A stretch of DNA of 50,192 nt from a virus (IMGVR_UViG_3300014613_000007:1-50192); one strand, 5' to 3'; shown: positions 7,737-18,292, counted from the first letter of the stretch. The notes: generated by a model not told the origin, from the letters alone. Translations and numbers: made by a program.

Positions 7737-9349
7737 TATTTAACTTCCTCAACAAGTGGCTCACCATCATCAAACCCAACAACATTCCATTTTTTTCCGC
7801 CTTTCCTTATCGTATCACCAATCTTGTATGGAGATTTTTCTTTCATATAGGGCTTTAATCCGGCAGTATAAGCGGCCTCGGTCCTTGAAAAAAACCGCGA
7901 CCATAAACCTTTCCCCTTAACAATATCTCCGGCAAGTTTTTCCTTTGCCGGAGCAAGAATGTCCTGTGTGATTTCTACTTTTTGTTTCGGAGTCATATCG
8001 GGTTTTTCACGAAATATCCGTCTTATTTCCTCCCGACGCGCCATGGATAAAACTTCGACATTGGCTAATTGTTCGGGAGTAGTATCCTCAGATATATCCA
8101 AGGTCTTTTTGTAATCAGTAGTAAATCTTCCTTCTGCTGCTAACGCATCTACCAACATCGGGTCGGTTACCTTAGTTCCAATCTTTCTTATATCATCGTT
8201 AATTTCATCATTATCGGAAGATGTAAATATCCATGCGTTATCCTGCCATAGCTTTTTAGCTTCTTCTTTTTTCCCAGCTTCTATCAAATCATATATATCA
8301 TTTCTCGTCTTTCCTCTTTCGAGTTGATCGCTTTCTTTTCCTGCATTTTTTACCTGACTATCAAGAAAATGCTGCAATTCCCTAACTTGCGCGGCATCCG
8401 TAAATGTCCCACTGTTTGCTGCCTGTATGATTTTAGCTTTAATTTGTGAGTAAGAAAGTCTTTGCTCGGAAGGAATATTTGTATCAGTAGATTTGATAAT
8501 GTCGTTACTAATCTCGATTTCAATAGCCTCGGCATGTGCTTTAGCTTCTTCTTTGGCTATCCTCTCGGTATTGGATTTTGCAGCCTGATAATCCTTTTTC
8601 AGTTCCGCTATCTCGTCCGGCCCGAAAAGAGGCTGGTCAAAATACTTATCAGCTCCGATTTTCTTCACGTATTCGTTGGGATGGTCGATGTAATAATTTT
8701 TCGTGACTGTTCCATCTTCATCAATTTTATCTGGATGCTGTCTGATATAATTGCCGATATGAAAACTGTAATCACTCTCCTGCTTTTCTTTATATTGCTC
8801 GGTAGTTTGCAAATCCTGTATATCGCCACTTTCCAATGCGGGCGACATTGTAAGATTAAACTGTATCAGAAAACGACCGAGATCTATTTCATTGTTAAAT
8901 TGCCTTTCCTTAGAGCGTTCAACTTTCCATGTCTTTATATTGACCTGATTATTTACAATATCCTGTTGCCGGGCTTGTTTTCTGACAGAATTTATACCAA
9001 GCTGTTTGGTAGCATCAAGCTGTCGTTCAAGTTCTTTTTTTGCCTTGCCATCCATATCTTCGAGAAGATAATCTTTATATTTAGGAAAAAAATCATTTAC
9101 ATAATAATCTTCTTTTTCCTGTGGTGACTTGCTCCTGTTCTCGTGTATCCAGGCATCAAATTCATCCTGCATTTTTAAGTTGCGAAATTCGGCCTGGGCT
9201 ATCTGAGAACTGTATCTCGACTTAGTTTCACCTTCCGAAATGTCCGCGCCAATCTCAAATAAAACATCGCCCGCCCTTTGAATTGCCGGGCCTACTTGAG
9301 AATATCTATATCTTGATCCGCCAAGTGCCATTATGCCATTGCCCCCCAC
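7736..9349 (-). CDS. Internal virion protein (T7 gp15-like position)
   Basis: 537-aa charged helical protein between the gp14-like gene and the large ejection genes. Confidence 0.55.
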   Translation of the reverse strand: MGGNGIMALGGSRYRYSQVGPAIQRAGDVLFEIGADISEGETKSRYSSQIAQAEFRNLKMQDEFDAWIHENRSKSPQEKEDYYVNDFFPKYKDYLLEDMDGKAKKELERQLDATKQLGINSVRKQARQQDIVNNQVNIKTWKVERSKERQFNNEIDLGRFLIQFNLTMSPALESGDIQDLQTTEQYKEKQESDYSFHIGNYIRQHPDKIDEDGTVTKNYYIDHPNEYVKKIGADKYFDQPLFGPDEIAELKKDYQAAKSNTERIAKEEAKAHAEAIEIEISNDIIKSTDTNIPSEQRLSYSQIKAKIIQAANSGTFTDAAQVRELQHFLDSQVKNAGKESDQLERGKTRNDIYDLIEAGKKEEAKKLWQDNAWIFTSSDNDEINDDIRKIGTKVTDPMLVDALAAEGRFTTDYKKTLDISEDTTPEQLANVEVLSMARREEIRRIFREKPDMTPKQKVEITQDILAPAKEKLAGDIVKGKGLWSRFFSRTEAAYTAGLKPYMKEKSPYKIGDTIRKGGKKWNVVGFDDGEPLVEEVK

Positions 9350-9795
9350 CAGCCTTCGCTTGTGCCCATAGTATAACTTTTACCCAATAAGCTTGCCCCC
9401 AATTCCCAATAGCTTGCTTCTTTTGCTTTTTTGCCCCTTCTTTTGAGCTCTTCAGCCTCCCTGGTTAGAGAGCTTACCTGATAAGAAGTTTCCATTCCTA
9501 TTTCCTTCATTCTTTCGGCGTAAGTATTTTCTATCATTCCTATAAGGGTATTTGCCGAGCCCGTTCCAACCTTAACACCGGACTTTGCAACAGTGGCCAT
9601 TGCCGAGCCTTTGGCAAAAGTAGATTCCCTTGCGAGCCCGTGGGTCTTTTCTCTTGCTACATCCTTAATATATCTAATCTGTAAAAGTCTCTGCTCGGCT
9701 TCCCACTTGGCCTGGCGTTCCTCTTCCTTACCGCCCATGATATTGCCGAATATATCAAGGCCCATACTGCCAAGCATCAAACCTAATCCTAACAT
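9331..9795 (-). CDS. Internal virion protein (T7 gp14-like)
   Basis: Gly-rich hydrophobic N-terminus, 'A.SGV..GTGSA' motif, position after the nozzle genes. Confidence 0.65.
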   Translation of the reverse strand: MLGLGLMLGSMGLDIFGNIMGGKEEERQAKWEAEQRLLQIRYIKDVAREKTHGLARESTFAKGSAMATVAKSGVKVGTGSANTLIGMIENTYAERMKEIGMETSYQVSSLTREAEELKRRGKKAKEASYWELGASLLGKSYTMGTSEGWWGAMA

Positions 9796-9804
9796 AATAA
9801 CCTC

Positions 9805-11664
9805 TTATTCTATAGTTATCAGCATTTTGGGATTTATCGAACGTATCGTCATTGGTATCGGCTTCCATAACCACAGATAAATAATCGGCTCTCTTGTAGT
9901 GCCCCATACGAAAGGCGCGGACTTTATCTCCTCTATCGGCGCTATTGCCGTAGCAAAATTATCGTAAGAGAACTTCCAGTCCACGCTATTATCTATAGAT
10001 ACCCCGATGTTACAACCCATCGACTCGTAAAAGTCTATCTTAACGTTCTGTATCCTGCTCTGAAAACCGGATGTGAGACTTGAGCCTGAACCTAAAATCA
10101 AAGGGAAGCTCTCGTAAATTGAGTAGTAGTTTATGCCCGCTATGATAACATCATATTTTTCGCCAAAGTCTATTACGTTAACACCATTAACATCTTCAGT
10201 GACAGTATAATTTCCTATTGGTCTGCCGTCGGCATATACGCAGACTTCCGTATTGGCAAGATGGTCTGCCGCTATCATGTTCGGTTCTATGCCTGGAATT
10301 GGCGGTATTGCCGGCACCGCCGGTGTGCCATCGTCCAGATAACTTATTTTTGCTATCTCTTCCCTGTATAAGAACGTACCGCCCGCAAAATTTGTCGTAT
10401 CGATCAAATTCAAATCCGTATCGTAACGATAGACAGTTGAGCCAAGCTCACTAATATTTGAGACAGCTATATTACCATCCCAATCGACCATTATCGCTGA
10501 AGTACCGCCAGTTGCATGAGCTATAACATTAAGTTCGGAATCGAATTTGATAACGTTATAACCGTCGCTACCTGTTCCTTTACATACATAATAATAACCG
10601 TCATGAACAATGACTCCCAGCGCATTTCCCGTATCCGTATAGCTATAAAGCGTAGCAAGGTTAGTGGGATTGAGAACGCGCACATTTTTACCCCATGGTG
10701 CAAGACCGACAATAATTACAACATTGTTAACACTATCGTAGACAATACTTCTTCCGTGCCCTACATTGTTCAAATTAACCAAAAGATTACCGTCCGAATC
10801 GTATTTACTTACAGTATAAGAACCTGTGCCTCGATACATGTAGATATTATCCTCGTCGTCGAGACAAAAAACCGATGCCCATACCATATCTTTATTCCAA
10901 ATTTCATCACCATTGGAAGTATTGAAAGCATAAAGTTTCCACGCAGTATCTACATATAGAACGGATTCATCATGGTTCAGTCTCACACAAGATATGACTT
11001 GGGGAAAACTGCCGGCATCGGGCACATAAAAAGTCTGATCCGGTGTAAGATTGATGTCGTAAACAACCACATAATAACCGGCCCCGACTATCGTTTTCGA
11101 GCCGTCGGCGGTCTGGGCTATCGTTGTGGTAACTACCGTTCCGGGCGAATCGGTATAACCAAGATAACTCCAATCCGGATCGAACCAGTAGAGATTGTCC
11201 GCATCCGAAATGATGTAAGCCTCGTCCCTAAAAGGAGCGGGCGGAACTTCGGGAACTTCGGGAATTTCAGGTATCTCGGCGACGCCATAAGAATTCACAT
11301 CTCCTATTCCGCAGTCCACGAACCAGCAGTAGTTAGGATCATCTCCCCAGTCCAAAGGCTGAAACTGCTCAATAAAGGTATAGTCATTACTGTCGATAGT
11401 CCTGTCAACTACCACCCAGACCTCATCGTCTAATCGAATATCGCCGCAAGCCTTTAGACTGCGCCCGGGTATTCTTGCCACGGACTTAAAATCGTCCCAC
11501 TGGTTCATATCGTTGACGTCCTGACCGGTTATATGCTCGGACCACGCCAGGACGTCGCCATCCTGAATATCAAGCCATGTGAGAATATTGTTCCTGTCCG
11601 TGCGCACTTGAGCTATAACAGCAAGACAAAAGAGGCTCCACGTTATCATTATTTTGTTAGTCAT
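9805..11664 (-). CDS. Second, partial nozzle (tail tubular B) paralog with inserted beta-propeller
   Basis: Shares WSxH.TG, IEQFQPL.W, FVDCG, GRPI, FY...GC, AP..WGT.R.P and P.PMTIR.IN with 11657-14215; Pro-rich linkers flank a beta-rich insert. Confidence 0.75.
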   Translation of the reverse strand: MTNKIMITWSLFCLAVIAQVRTDRNNILTWLDIQDGDVLAWSEHITGQDVNDMNQWDDFKSVARIPGRSLKACGDIRLDDEVWVVVDRTIDSNDYTFIEQFQPLDWGDDPNYCWFVDCGIGDVNSYGVAEIPEIPEVPEVPPAPFRDEAYIISDADNLYWFDPDWSYLGYTDSPGTVVTTTIAQTADGSKTIVGAGYYVVVYDINLTPDQTFYVPDAGSFPQVISCVRLNHDESVLYVDTAWKLYAFNTSNGDEIWNKDMVWASVFCLDDEDNIYMYRGTGSYTVSKYDSDGNLLVNLNNVGHGRSIVYDSVNNVVIIVGLAPWGKNVRVLNPTNLATLYSYTDTGNALGVIVHDGYYYVCKGTGSDGYNVIKFDSELNVIAHATGGTSAIMVDWDGNIAVSNISELGSTVYRYDTDLNLIDTTNFAGGTFLYREEIAKISYLDDGTPAVPAIPPIPGIEPNMIAADHLANTEVCVYADGRPIGNYTVTEDVNGVNVIDFGEKYDVIIAGINYYSIYESFPLILGSGSSLTSGFQSRIQNVKIDFYESMGCNIGVSIDNSVDWKFSYDNFATAIAPIEEIKSAPFVWGTTREPIIYLWLWKPIPMTIRSINPKMLITIE

Positions 11665-14215
11665 AATTTGCTGTAATCTTAGTGTTAATTTCCCGAATTG
11701 TCATTGGCACCGGCCCGGACTCCGAGAAGTACAATGTCGGCGCCCGCTTCGTGCCCCATATATAAGGTGCTGGCTTGTATCCGGTAACGGCATCTATAGT
11801 CGTGGCGAAACTGTCCTGAGAGAACTTGAAAGCAACGAGATTGTCCGCATCCGGGCCGATAGAACATCCTAAAGTCTTGTAGAAGTTTATGTTATTACTC
11901 ATTATCCTGCTCTGCTCTGCCAAAACGGGACCACTATTATCAAAAAGAACAATAGGCATAGTCTCATATACCGAAGTATAAGGAAGGCCCACTGTAAACT
12001 CGGTTAGGTTCGCATCTTCCGGATCGATACTGCCGTCCGAAACGACAAAGGTATTTATCGGCCTTCCGTTGGCAAATAAAGCGACCGTTTCTCCTTCAAG
12101 ATGTCCGAGATCGTTTATATCGTTCGTCCCGCAATCCACAAAATAACAATCGTTCTGGTCGGCTGGAGAAGATACCAAATGCCAGTTCAGAGGCTGGAAC
12201 TGCTCGATATATCCGACTGAAGTCGAATCTACAATTCTTCCAACTACAGCCCAAATCTCATCTTCCGTCGCGCCGGAAATACAGGCCGCCGACTCGAATT
12301 CGCCGGAAGCGCCCGTAGTATGCCTCGACCACGCAGCTACTCCGTTTCCTCTCTGATATGTAAAAGACAGGAGCACTCCATCTTCTCTAATACACCAGAG
12401 AACAGGGTCGGGCCGCTCCTGAAAGGCTATTTCCAGTATTCCATTACCGGTTATATGCTCGGCGAGAATAGTCATATCCGGTGCCGTGTATTTTTCGGTT
12501 GTAAACGTATAGGAAAGCTCCCTGACTTTCTGACCGCCGCGCTCGACGTAAAGAATCGCATCGTTGGCATTTGCCGGCTGGATATAAGCACAACCATTAT
12601 GGTTCTGGACCCTGTAAATAGGAGGATAATTCGGAGTAATAGGCTTGTTCGGCTGACCTAACTTGCCCACACCTTTAGTTGTGCCGACAAAAAGAAACTC
12701 ACCGGATTTTATCCATTGGATAGGATTCATTCCAGGCAGGGTATATACCCATGCGATATTATCAGGCCCGCCGAGATTGCCCGACCAATTACTTTCCGTA
12801 CTTTGGGTAAAGTCATCGTAATCTTCGTCTTTTTCCGCAATAATAGACGACCATACAGTTTGAGGATAACTTTTAGAGCCACCGTAAAGCACTCTTTGTT
12901 CATGGTGTTCTACCGTCCGGGGAAATCCCCTGTACGTGCTCCAAGCACCTTCCGCCCAGTAGTAAGTAGCATCCGTCCCGCCTAAATCGTAAACAACGTC
13001 GGCAGTCACATTGCATGGATCGGGTACTGTGGCTATTTCCACTACACCGTTATTAAGAAACTCTCGTAAAGCTATTGTGTAATAGCACCAGCCCAAATCA
13101 TCGTTACTGTATTCGAGGGCAAGATTATCTATATATATCCTGAGCCAGCAATCGGCTTCCGTTTCCTGCGCTGAAACCTGGATATTACCCCCGTACTGAA
13201 CGTATTGAGAATATACAGTCACCCATGTCGAAGTATCTTCCACCCATTTATTGGCTGCCAGATCGGTTGCAAACGTGCCCGAAGTATGGGCTTCGAGACA
13301 CCTGTAAGTCGAACGGCTGTCGGGATCGGCAGTTACATAATCGCCAATTACATAAGCTGTTTTAGTGGCCCATCTTGTTATTTCCGTATAAGACTTCTGG
13401 ACGTAGATAGTTCCTCTCCATATTCCTCCCGTAGTCACATCGTAATACCGCCATCTCTGGCATTTATTAGTCACCGAGCATTGAACATCTCCTTCCGAAC
13501 GGAAATAGCCGTGAATGGCACTATCACTTTCAAGCCAGTGACTTATCCTGAACAAAGCTCCAACGTGACCGTCATCGAATAACGGGTCGGTCGAGACAAT
13601 ATCTATGCCATCGCCCGTTGTCGCACTCGGCGTTAAAGTCCAGGTAGTATCATTGTTCTCATCAAGAAACGGACCGGTAGTCGAGCTTACGGCCGTGCAA
13701 GTCCAGTTGGCATCGTTGGTATCGTCCGGCCTTGTGAGCTTGTAAGGCTCATAATCGGGATGGACTATTCTCATCGTTCCGGCGTCCTGGACGTACTGAA
13801 GCTCGAAAACATCGTTGGCGTCCCATGGTGTGACTATCTCGTAAGGTTTACCCGAACCATTTGGCTCGTTTACGGGCGCTCCATCCGTAAAAAACCGGGC
13901 GTAGTCATCGCCTATTTCTATTATGTAAGCGTCCTCAGTCGAATACTCGAAGGAAATAAGTCTCGTAGGGTCGTTGGCATCTTTTACCGATGCGATATAC
14001 TTAGTGCCCGGCCTGCGGGTAATCGGGCCCTGCGTTCTTACCAGCATATTTTGAAGGGTCTTCGCACCGGATTTGTACTGTGGAAAGTCAACTCTCGAAT
14101 TCATCAATGGACTCAACTCACCGGCATTGAAAGAATTGAGCGTGACTTTCTGGGTCAGAGTGGCACCCATCGCCACCGTACAAAATATCGTTATCAAAAG
14201 TATCGGTTTTTTCAT
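11657..14215 (-). CDS. Tail tubular protein B / nozzle (T7 gp12/P22 gp10-like) with N-terminal signal peptide
   Basis: SFNAGELSP..R.D..QY..G...L.N.....G...RRPGT.Y, GFPRTV..H.QR, APDMTILAEHI, AWSRH motifs. Confidence 0.9.
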   Translation of the reverse strand: MKKPILLITIFCTVAMGATLTQKVTLNSFNAGELSPLMNSRVDFPQYKSGAKTLQNMLVRTQGPITRRPGTKYIASVKDANDPTRLISFEYSTEDAYIIEIGDDYARFFTDGAPVNEPNGSGKPYEIVTPWDANDVFELQYVQDAGTMRIVHPDYEPYKLTRPDDTNDANWTCTAVSSTTGPFLDENNDTTWTLTPSATTGDGIDIVSTDPLFDDGHVGALFRISHWLESDSAIHGYFRSEGDVQCSVTNKCQRWRYYDVTTGGIWRGTIYVQKSYTEITRWATKTAYVIGDYVTADPDSRSTYRCLEAHTSGTFATDLAANKWVEDTSTWVTVYSQYVQYGGNIQVSAQETEADCWLRIYIDNLALEYSNDDLGWCYYTIALREFLNNGVVEIATVPDPCNVTADVVYDLGGTDATYYWAEGAWSTYRGFPRTVEHHEQRVLYGGSKSYPQTVWSSIIAEKDEDYDDFTQSTESNWSGNLGGPDNIAWVYTLPGMNPIQWIKSGEFLFVGTTKGVGKLGQPNKPITPNYPPIYRVQNHNGCAYIQPANANDAILYVERGGQKVRELSYTFTTEKYTAPDMTILAEHITGNGILEIAFQERPDPVLWCIREDGVLLSFTYQRGNGVAAWSRHTTGASGEFESAACISGATEDEIWAVVGRIVDSTSVGYIEQFQPLNWHLVSSPADQNDCYFVDCGTNDINDLGHLEGETVALFANGRPINTFVVSDGSIDPEDANLTEFTVGLPYTSVYETMPIVLFDNSGPVLAEQSRIMSNNINFYKTLGCSIGPDADNLVAFKFSQDSFATTIDAVTGYKPAPYIWGTKRAPTLYFSESGPVPMTIREINTKITANYD

Positions 14216-15114
14216 GGCAACCTCAGATTTGCACTATTTGTGAATATTGAAACGCGGGGCGGTATGTACTTTCTGTCCTGCTGAATCGCCCTGAATCCCG
14301 GCCCGGCGAGCATCGCATATTCTTCGAGAAGTCTGCGCCTTTGTTCGTAGTCCTTTGCATCAAGCGCCATTTCAGCCGCGAGTCTTGTGCAGAAAGCGTT
14401 CTTAAACGATTCGGGATAATATAGAGGCTTGTCGGAAATCCCCGCCTGGACATAGGCAAGATATTCTATATATGCACTGTCAATACCGCCATCGACAGTC
14501 GTTGAAGGGTCGTTTGAATAATCGCTTGTAGCTAGAAGATTGCCGCTCTGAGAAGCTTTATAAGCCCAACTCTCTATCCAGGGCGCGCCTAACGTGCCGT
14601 CCTCATCGTAAAGAGTCCAGTATGTTTCCCAATTAGTACCTGTAATCGGCTCATCATCTGTTGTCGATGTATGTAATAATTTACAATAATAAGCCTGCTC
14701 GTCCGAACCTTCAACTACATGGGCGTAGTCATCGAAAGTCAAAACTTCGCAGTCATATTTTGTATTCCTGTCAATTTGGTTTATCTGGGCAACCAAGTCC
14801 AGAAAATCCGCCGGCAATCCAAAGAGTAATGACCAGTCCCTGATTTCTTTATTGATTCTTATCTCAGCGCCGAGGTCTGCGAATTGCCTGGCAAAATCGG
14901 GTTTCATGTCTGTGATGACCTGTTGAAGAATTTGCGGGTAAAGACAGCAGATAAGCTTCTTATCGTTCAAATTATCTGCAACAGTCGTGTAATCTGCAAA
15001 TTCTTCATCGGTGATAGAATCAAAAAATATTCCCGACTGAGAAGTCCTGCCCGCGACCAATATCGCCAACGTCCTGTTACATAAATGCCTTTTATACGGA
15101 TTGTCACCTGCCAT
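14212..15114 (-). CDS. Tail tubular protein A / adaptor (T7 gp11-like)
   Basis: LCNR.L N-terminus, LPADFL, F.NAF..RLAAEMA; directly upstream of the nozzle; carries a YYC..HTS...W..YW insert. Confidence 0.75.
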   Translation of the reverse strand: MAGDNPYKRHLCNRTLAILVAGRTSQSGIFFDSITDEEFADYTTVADNLNDKKLICCLYPQILQQVITDMKPDFARQFADLGAEIRINKEIRDWSLLFGLPADFLDLVAQINQIDRNTKYDCEVLTFDDYAHVVEGSDEQAYYCKLLHTSTTDDEPITGTNWETYWTLYDEDGTLGAPWIESWAYKASQSGNLLATSDYSNDPSTTVDGGIDSAYIEYLAYVQAGISDKPLYYPESFKNAFCTRLAAEMALDAKDYEQRRRLLEEYAMLAGPGFRAIQQDRKYIPPRVSIFTNSANLRLP

Positions 15115-15123
15115 AATATCTCC

Positions 15124-16062
15124 TTACGGATCTTCGTCATCTTCCCATTGTGTCAGGCCCGGATACTGCGTACCGCCTGCGCCCGGAGTATAGTTGATTC
15201 GGTATATAGGCCCATCTATCAGGCTTCTCCAGAACATCGCCTCGTAGTCGGTGCCGATAACGTGAACTACATCGCCCGCCGCCGGTGTGAAAGTGAATGG
15301 ACTTTGTACTCTTACGCTAACGTCCGTATCGTATTCCCAATCGACTATATATCTTAACTCGTAGTGGGAATCGTCGGCGTCCTCGACCATTATTATGTGC
15401 CACGTATAAACGCTGTTGGCGTCCGGCCCGGCCGTCAGAGTGAAGTTATTCGCATCGTTGGCATCCTTAACAGTAGTATCGAGCAAGGTCAGAAGGTCGG
15501 TCTTGTATTTGATGGCATCTATCAGAAGGTCGAGCCTTCCGCCATCCGTCCAGTCGGTTTGTAATTCATTAGAATCGGCCAGCACCAAAGTCAGATTCGG
15601 GTCGAGCCCGCCAACCTCCCCGCCGAAAGTCGTCTCGCCCGTATGGTCGGCAACGAGCTCGTCCCAGACATCTCCGGCAGTTATAGTCGCCGGTATCCAG
15701 ATCGTGCCGCTCCAGTCTCCGTACTCCTGCCAGACGGCCGGATCGGTATCGGCCGGACTGCCGCCCGCCTGCTGGTGGGTCACTATATAGTATTGACCCG
15801 CCCCGATGTTGGTGTCCATCGTCCCGACGAACATACCACCCAACTTGTCCGTCAAAGCAATATCATAATCCGCCGCCGTCCTTGCACCCGTTCCCCATGC
15901 CTCAAAGACCTCACCTGTAACGTACCAGACGTCACCATCTATCTCCCTAACCACCGAAAAGCACGTTGTAGCACCGGGACAGAACGCGCGTATTTCGCTC
16001 GCCGCCTCTATTTGGCCACAGAGAGTACAGAGAGCACAGAGATATATTATTGCCCGTTTCAT
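15124..16062 (-). CDS. Acidic virion-associated protein with signal peptide
   Basis: MKRAIIYLCALCTLCGQIEA-A; 'ELQTDW.DGGRLDLLIDAI' segment; inside the structural module. Confidence 0.6.
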   Translation of the reverse strand: MKRAIIYLCALCTLCGQIEAASEIRAFCPGATTCFSVVREIDGDVWYVTGEVFEAWGTGARTAADYDIALTDKLGGMFVGTMDTNIGAGQYYIVTHQQAGGSPADTDPAVWQEYGDWSGTIWIPATITAGDVWDELVADHTGETTFGGEVGGLDPNLTLVLADSNELQTDWTDGGRLDLLIDAIKYKTDLLTLLDTTVKDANDANNFTLTAGPDANSVYTWHIIMVEDADDSHYELRYIVDWEYDTDVSVRVQSPFTFTPAAGDVVHVIGTDYEAMFWRSLIDGPIYRINYTPGAGGTQYPGLTQWEDDEDP

Positions 16063-16448
16063 TGCACAACTCCATCGGGTACATTTACATCGACTATCGG
16101 AATTGCATCAATCGCAGCTTGGCGTAGTTCCGTTTTTACTTTTGTCTCGTAAGCTACAACAACATTCCGCAGCATTGTCGTTATGAACCTTTTGCCATAG
16201 TCAGCATGACCTTCTGCCGGTATCGAGTCTAAGCGGTAATCGACATCAAGAGAGAAGTCCGGCGCATTTGGATCGTTGGGGTCACGGCTGCCCTGAAAGT
16301 GAATTGAGACATGCGTATTCTCACAGGCCCGCAAAGCCTTTACTACCCTTGTCGTGTACTCATCGGGGATAGTGATTGTCAGTTGCACCGCCGCGAAAGC
16401 TATTGAGCATACTGCTGCTATGATTAAAACTGCTGCTAACTTTTTCAT
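16059..16448 (-). CDS. Exported protein in the structural module
   Basis: Start moved to MKKLAAVLIIAAVCSIAFA-A, which follows an AAGGAG RBS. Confidence 0.65.
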   Translation of the reverse strand: MKKLAAVLIIAAVCSIAFAAVQLTITIPDEYTTRVVKALRACENTHVSIHFQGSRDPNDPNAPDFSLDVDYRLDSIPAEGHADYGKRFITTMLRNVVVAYETKVKTELRQAAIDAIPIVDVNVPDGVVQ

Positions 16449-16458
16449 TTTATTCTCC

Positions 16459-17619
16459 TTATGGATAAGATTGACCATTACCATCGACCTCTACCCAATC
16501 CGTGCCGTCCCAGACTAATTCCAACCATTCTTTAGCCGTATCGAGCCTGATTACTTCCGGGTCGCTTGTAACGTGATTTGATACTGTTATATCAATATCG
16601 TTACCCGATGTTTTGCAAACGAACTTTACGCTCTGGCCTGTTTTCGTTCCCGCCGCCAGCGTACCCGTAATCCCCGCTCCCGATGAGTCGATGATATGAA
16701 GGCCGTAAGTATTAAAAGTCACTATATCCGCAGAAATATTGTTGACATCGTAAATGATCGTACTATTGACAAACTCAAGCCCTATAGAATCCCATTCACG
16801 TACTTGTGTCGGTGAATCGCCGTCATCACCATCGTTTATAAATCCTTTTTCCTGCCCCTTCTCATCGTCAGCCGCCCCATCGTGGGATACTTCTATTCGG
16901 GCTAAAGTAGTTTCCTCTCCTCCTGACTGCTCGCCTTTGAAGTTTAACTCCGATTCACGACCTCCATCCGTATCTTCGTGTGTTTCGTTGTGGATAGTGA
17001 GGCTTGGGTCAAGTCCCAAAAATTCCCCGACGCCACCTGCATTTAAGTTAAAAGTCCTTGTACCACCGGCTGTCATAAAAAAAGTGCCAGTAGAATGTTG
17101 ATACCCAATATTACCGATTGACCTTACGTTATCTGAAAAAATAAAACCCTGTGTTGTGTTCCCAGATAATCCAATAAAATTAACAAAAGCATCTCCATTA
17201 TTCTCTATCACAAGCAGGTCTTTAACCGTAGGAACACTCTGACCGGTTCCCAGTTTAATATGAACAGGTGCTAACGGAGCATCAGTCTGTATCCCAAGCC
17301 GATTATTCACAGTATCAAAGTTACCGATGACATTTCCATCTTGGTCTTTGACTTGAAAGAAAGTCGTGGAGTCTGTAGTAGGCTGAAGCACGCTTGAATT
17401 AAGTCCGAATATAGAGTTGCCTGTGGTCGTAAGTCCGGCAAAAGTCGGAGAATCGCCCGTTCCAAGCCCTAAAGTCGTCTGGGCCGCACCCTGTGTGGCG
17501 TCATCGAGCAATGTCCTGATATACACAGTCATATAGGGGCATATAGAGGAGCCGGCCCCCATGCCGAGCACCGCCCCGATAACGGCGCATATCAGTAAAA
17601 AACACGTAAGGCGTTTCAT
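16459..17619 (-). CDS. Tail fibre-like protein with signal peptide
   Basis: 'RTLLDDA....AQTTLGLGT.DSPTFAGL' and 'NRLGI.T.AP.A..H' fibre-type motifs. Confidence 0.65.
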   Translation of the reverse strand: MKRLTCFLLICAVIGAVLGMGAGSSICPYMTVYIRTLLDDATQGAAQTTLGLGTGDSPTFAGLTTTGNSIFGLNSSVLQPTTDSTTFFQVKDQDGNVIGNFDTVNNRLGIQTDAPLAPVHIKLGTGQSVPTVKDLLVIENNGDAFVNFIGLSGNTTQGFIFSDNVRSIGNIGYQHSTGTFFMTAGGTRTFNLNAGGVGEFLGLDPSLTIHNETHEDTDGGRESELNFKGEQSGGEETTLARIEVSHDGAADDEKGQEKGFINDGDDGDSPTQVREWDSIGLEFVNSTIIYDVNNISADIVTFNTYGLHIIDSSGAGITGTLAAGTKTGQSVKFVCKTSGNDIDITVSNHVTSDPEVIRLDTAKEWLELVWDGTDWVEVDGNGQSYP

Positions 17620-17621
17620 TT

Positions 17622-17993
17622 CTAATCCTCAATTAAAATGCGCACTTTGACAGTCAGGGTCTCGCCCGCACCTGCGGGTGCCGCCGATGGTGTTATAGAA
17701 ACTGTGACCAGTCCCATAACGGCAACGGGATTGAAATTGGCGTCCAATGTGCTTTTGTGGCTTTCAGAGAAATAAATATTATTCCCCGTTGCACAAGTCG
17801 CGCAGACTGCATCCGGGATAATAATACAACTATCGGCGTCCCTGAAAGTAACTGCCGCCGACGGCGTGCCCGTTACCGACGAAACAATAACGGTAAGACC
17901 GACAATTTTGCCCATAATTTCACCCGTTACCTGACTCTTGGCTGCATAACCTCCACCATAAGCCCACGTTTTTGTAATGGTTTGAACTTTCAT
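17622..17993 (-). CDS. Virion structural protein (beta-rich)
   Basis: 123 aa, Thr/Val/Ala-rich, AAGGAG RBS, structural module. Confidence 0.55.
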   Translation of the reverse strand: MKVQTITKTWAYGGGYAAKSQVTGEIMGKIVGLTVIVSSVTGTPSAAVTFRDADSCIIIPDAVCATCATGNNIYFSESHKSTLDANFNPVAVMGLVTVSITPSAAPAGAGETLTVKVRILIED

Positions 17994-18058
17994 TTTGTCT
18001 CCTTAAAAGGCTGAGGGGTCGGAGAAGGAAAACCATATCCGGCCCCCCGCCTTAAAAG

Positions 18059-18292
18059 TTATTTTGGAACTTCTGCTTTTTTGCTCAGCTCGGCAATTTC
18101 AAGCTGAACCTGCATAATGTCCCGCGTTAAAGACTTTTCAGCCTTCAGAACTTCCAGCTGACTTATTCTTGTCTGCAAAACGGACATCGCCTTTTTCTCC
18201 TGCTCTATCTTCAGAGCTTCGTCCGTCATTACAGATGTACAACCCGCTACCGCTACAAGCAATAGCACTACAATGGTTTTCCAACTTTTCAT
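18059..18292 (-). CDS. Small lipoprotein with coiled coil
   Basis: MKSWKTIVVLLLVAVAG-C lipobox; start moved to follow GAAAGGA. Confidence 0.65.
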   Translation of the reverse strand: MKSWKTIVVLLLVAVAGCTSVMTDEALKIEQEKKAMSVLQTRISQLEVLKAEKSLTRDIMQVQLEIAELSKKAEVPK

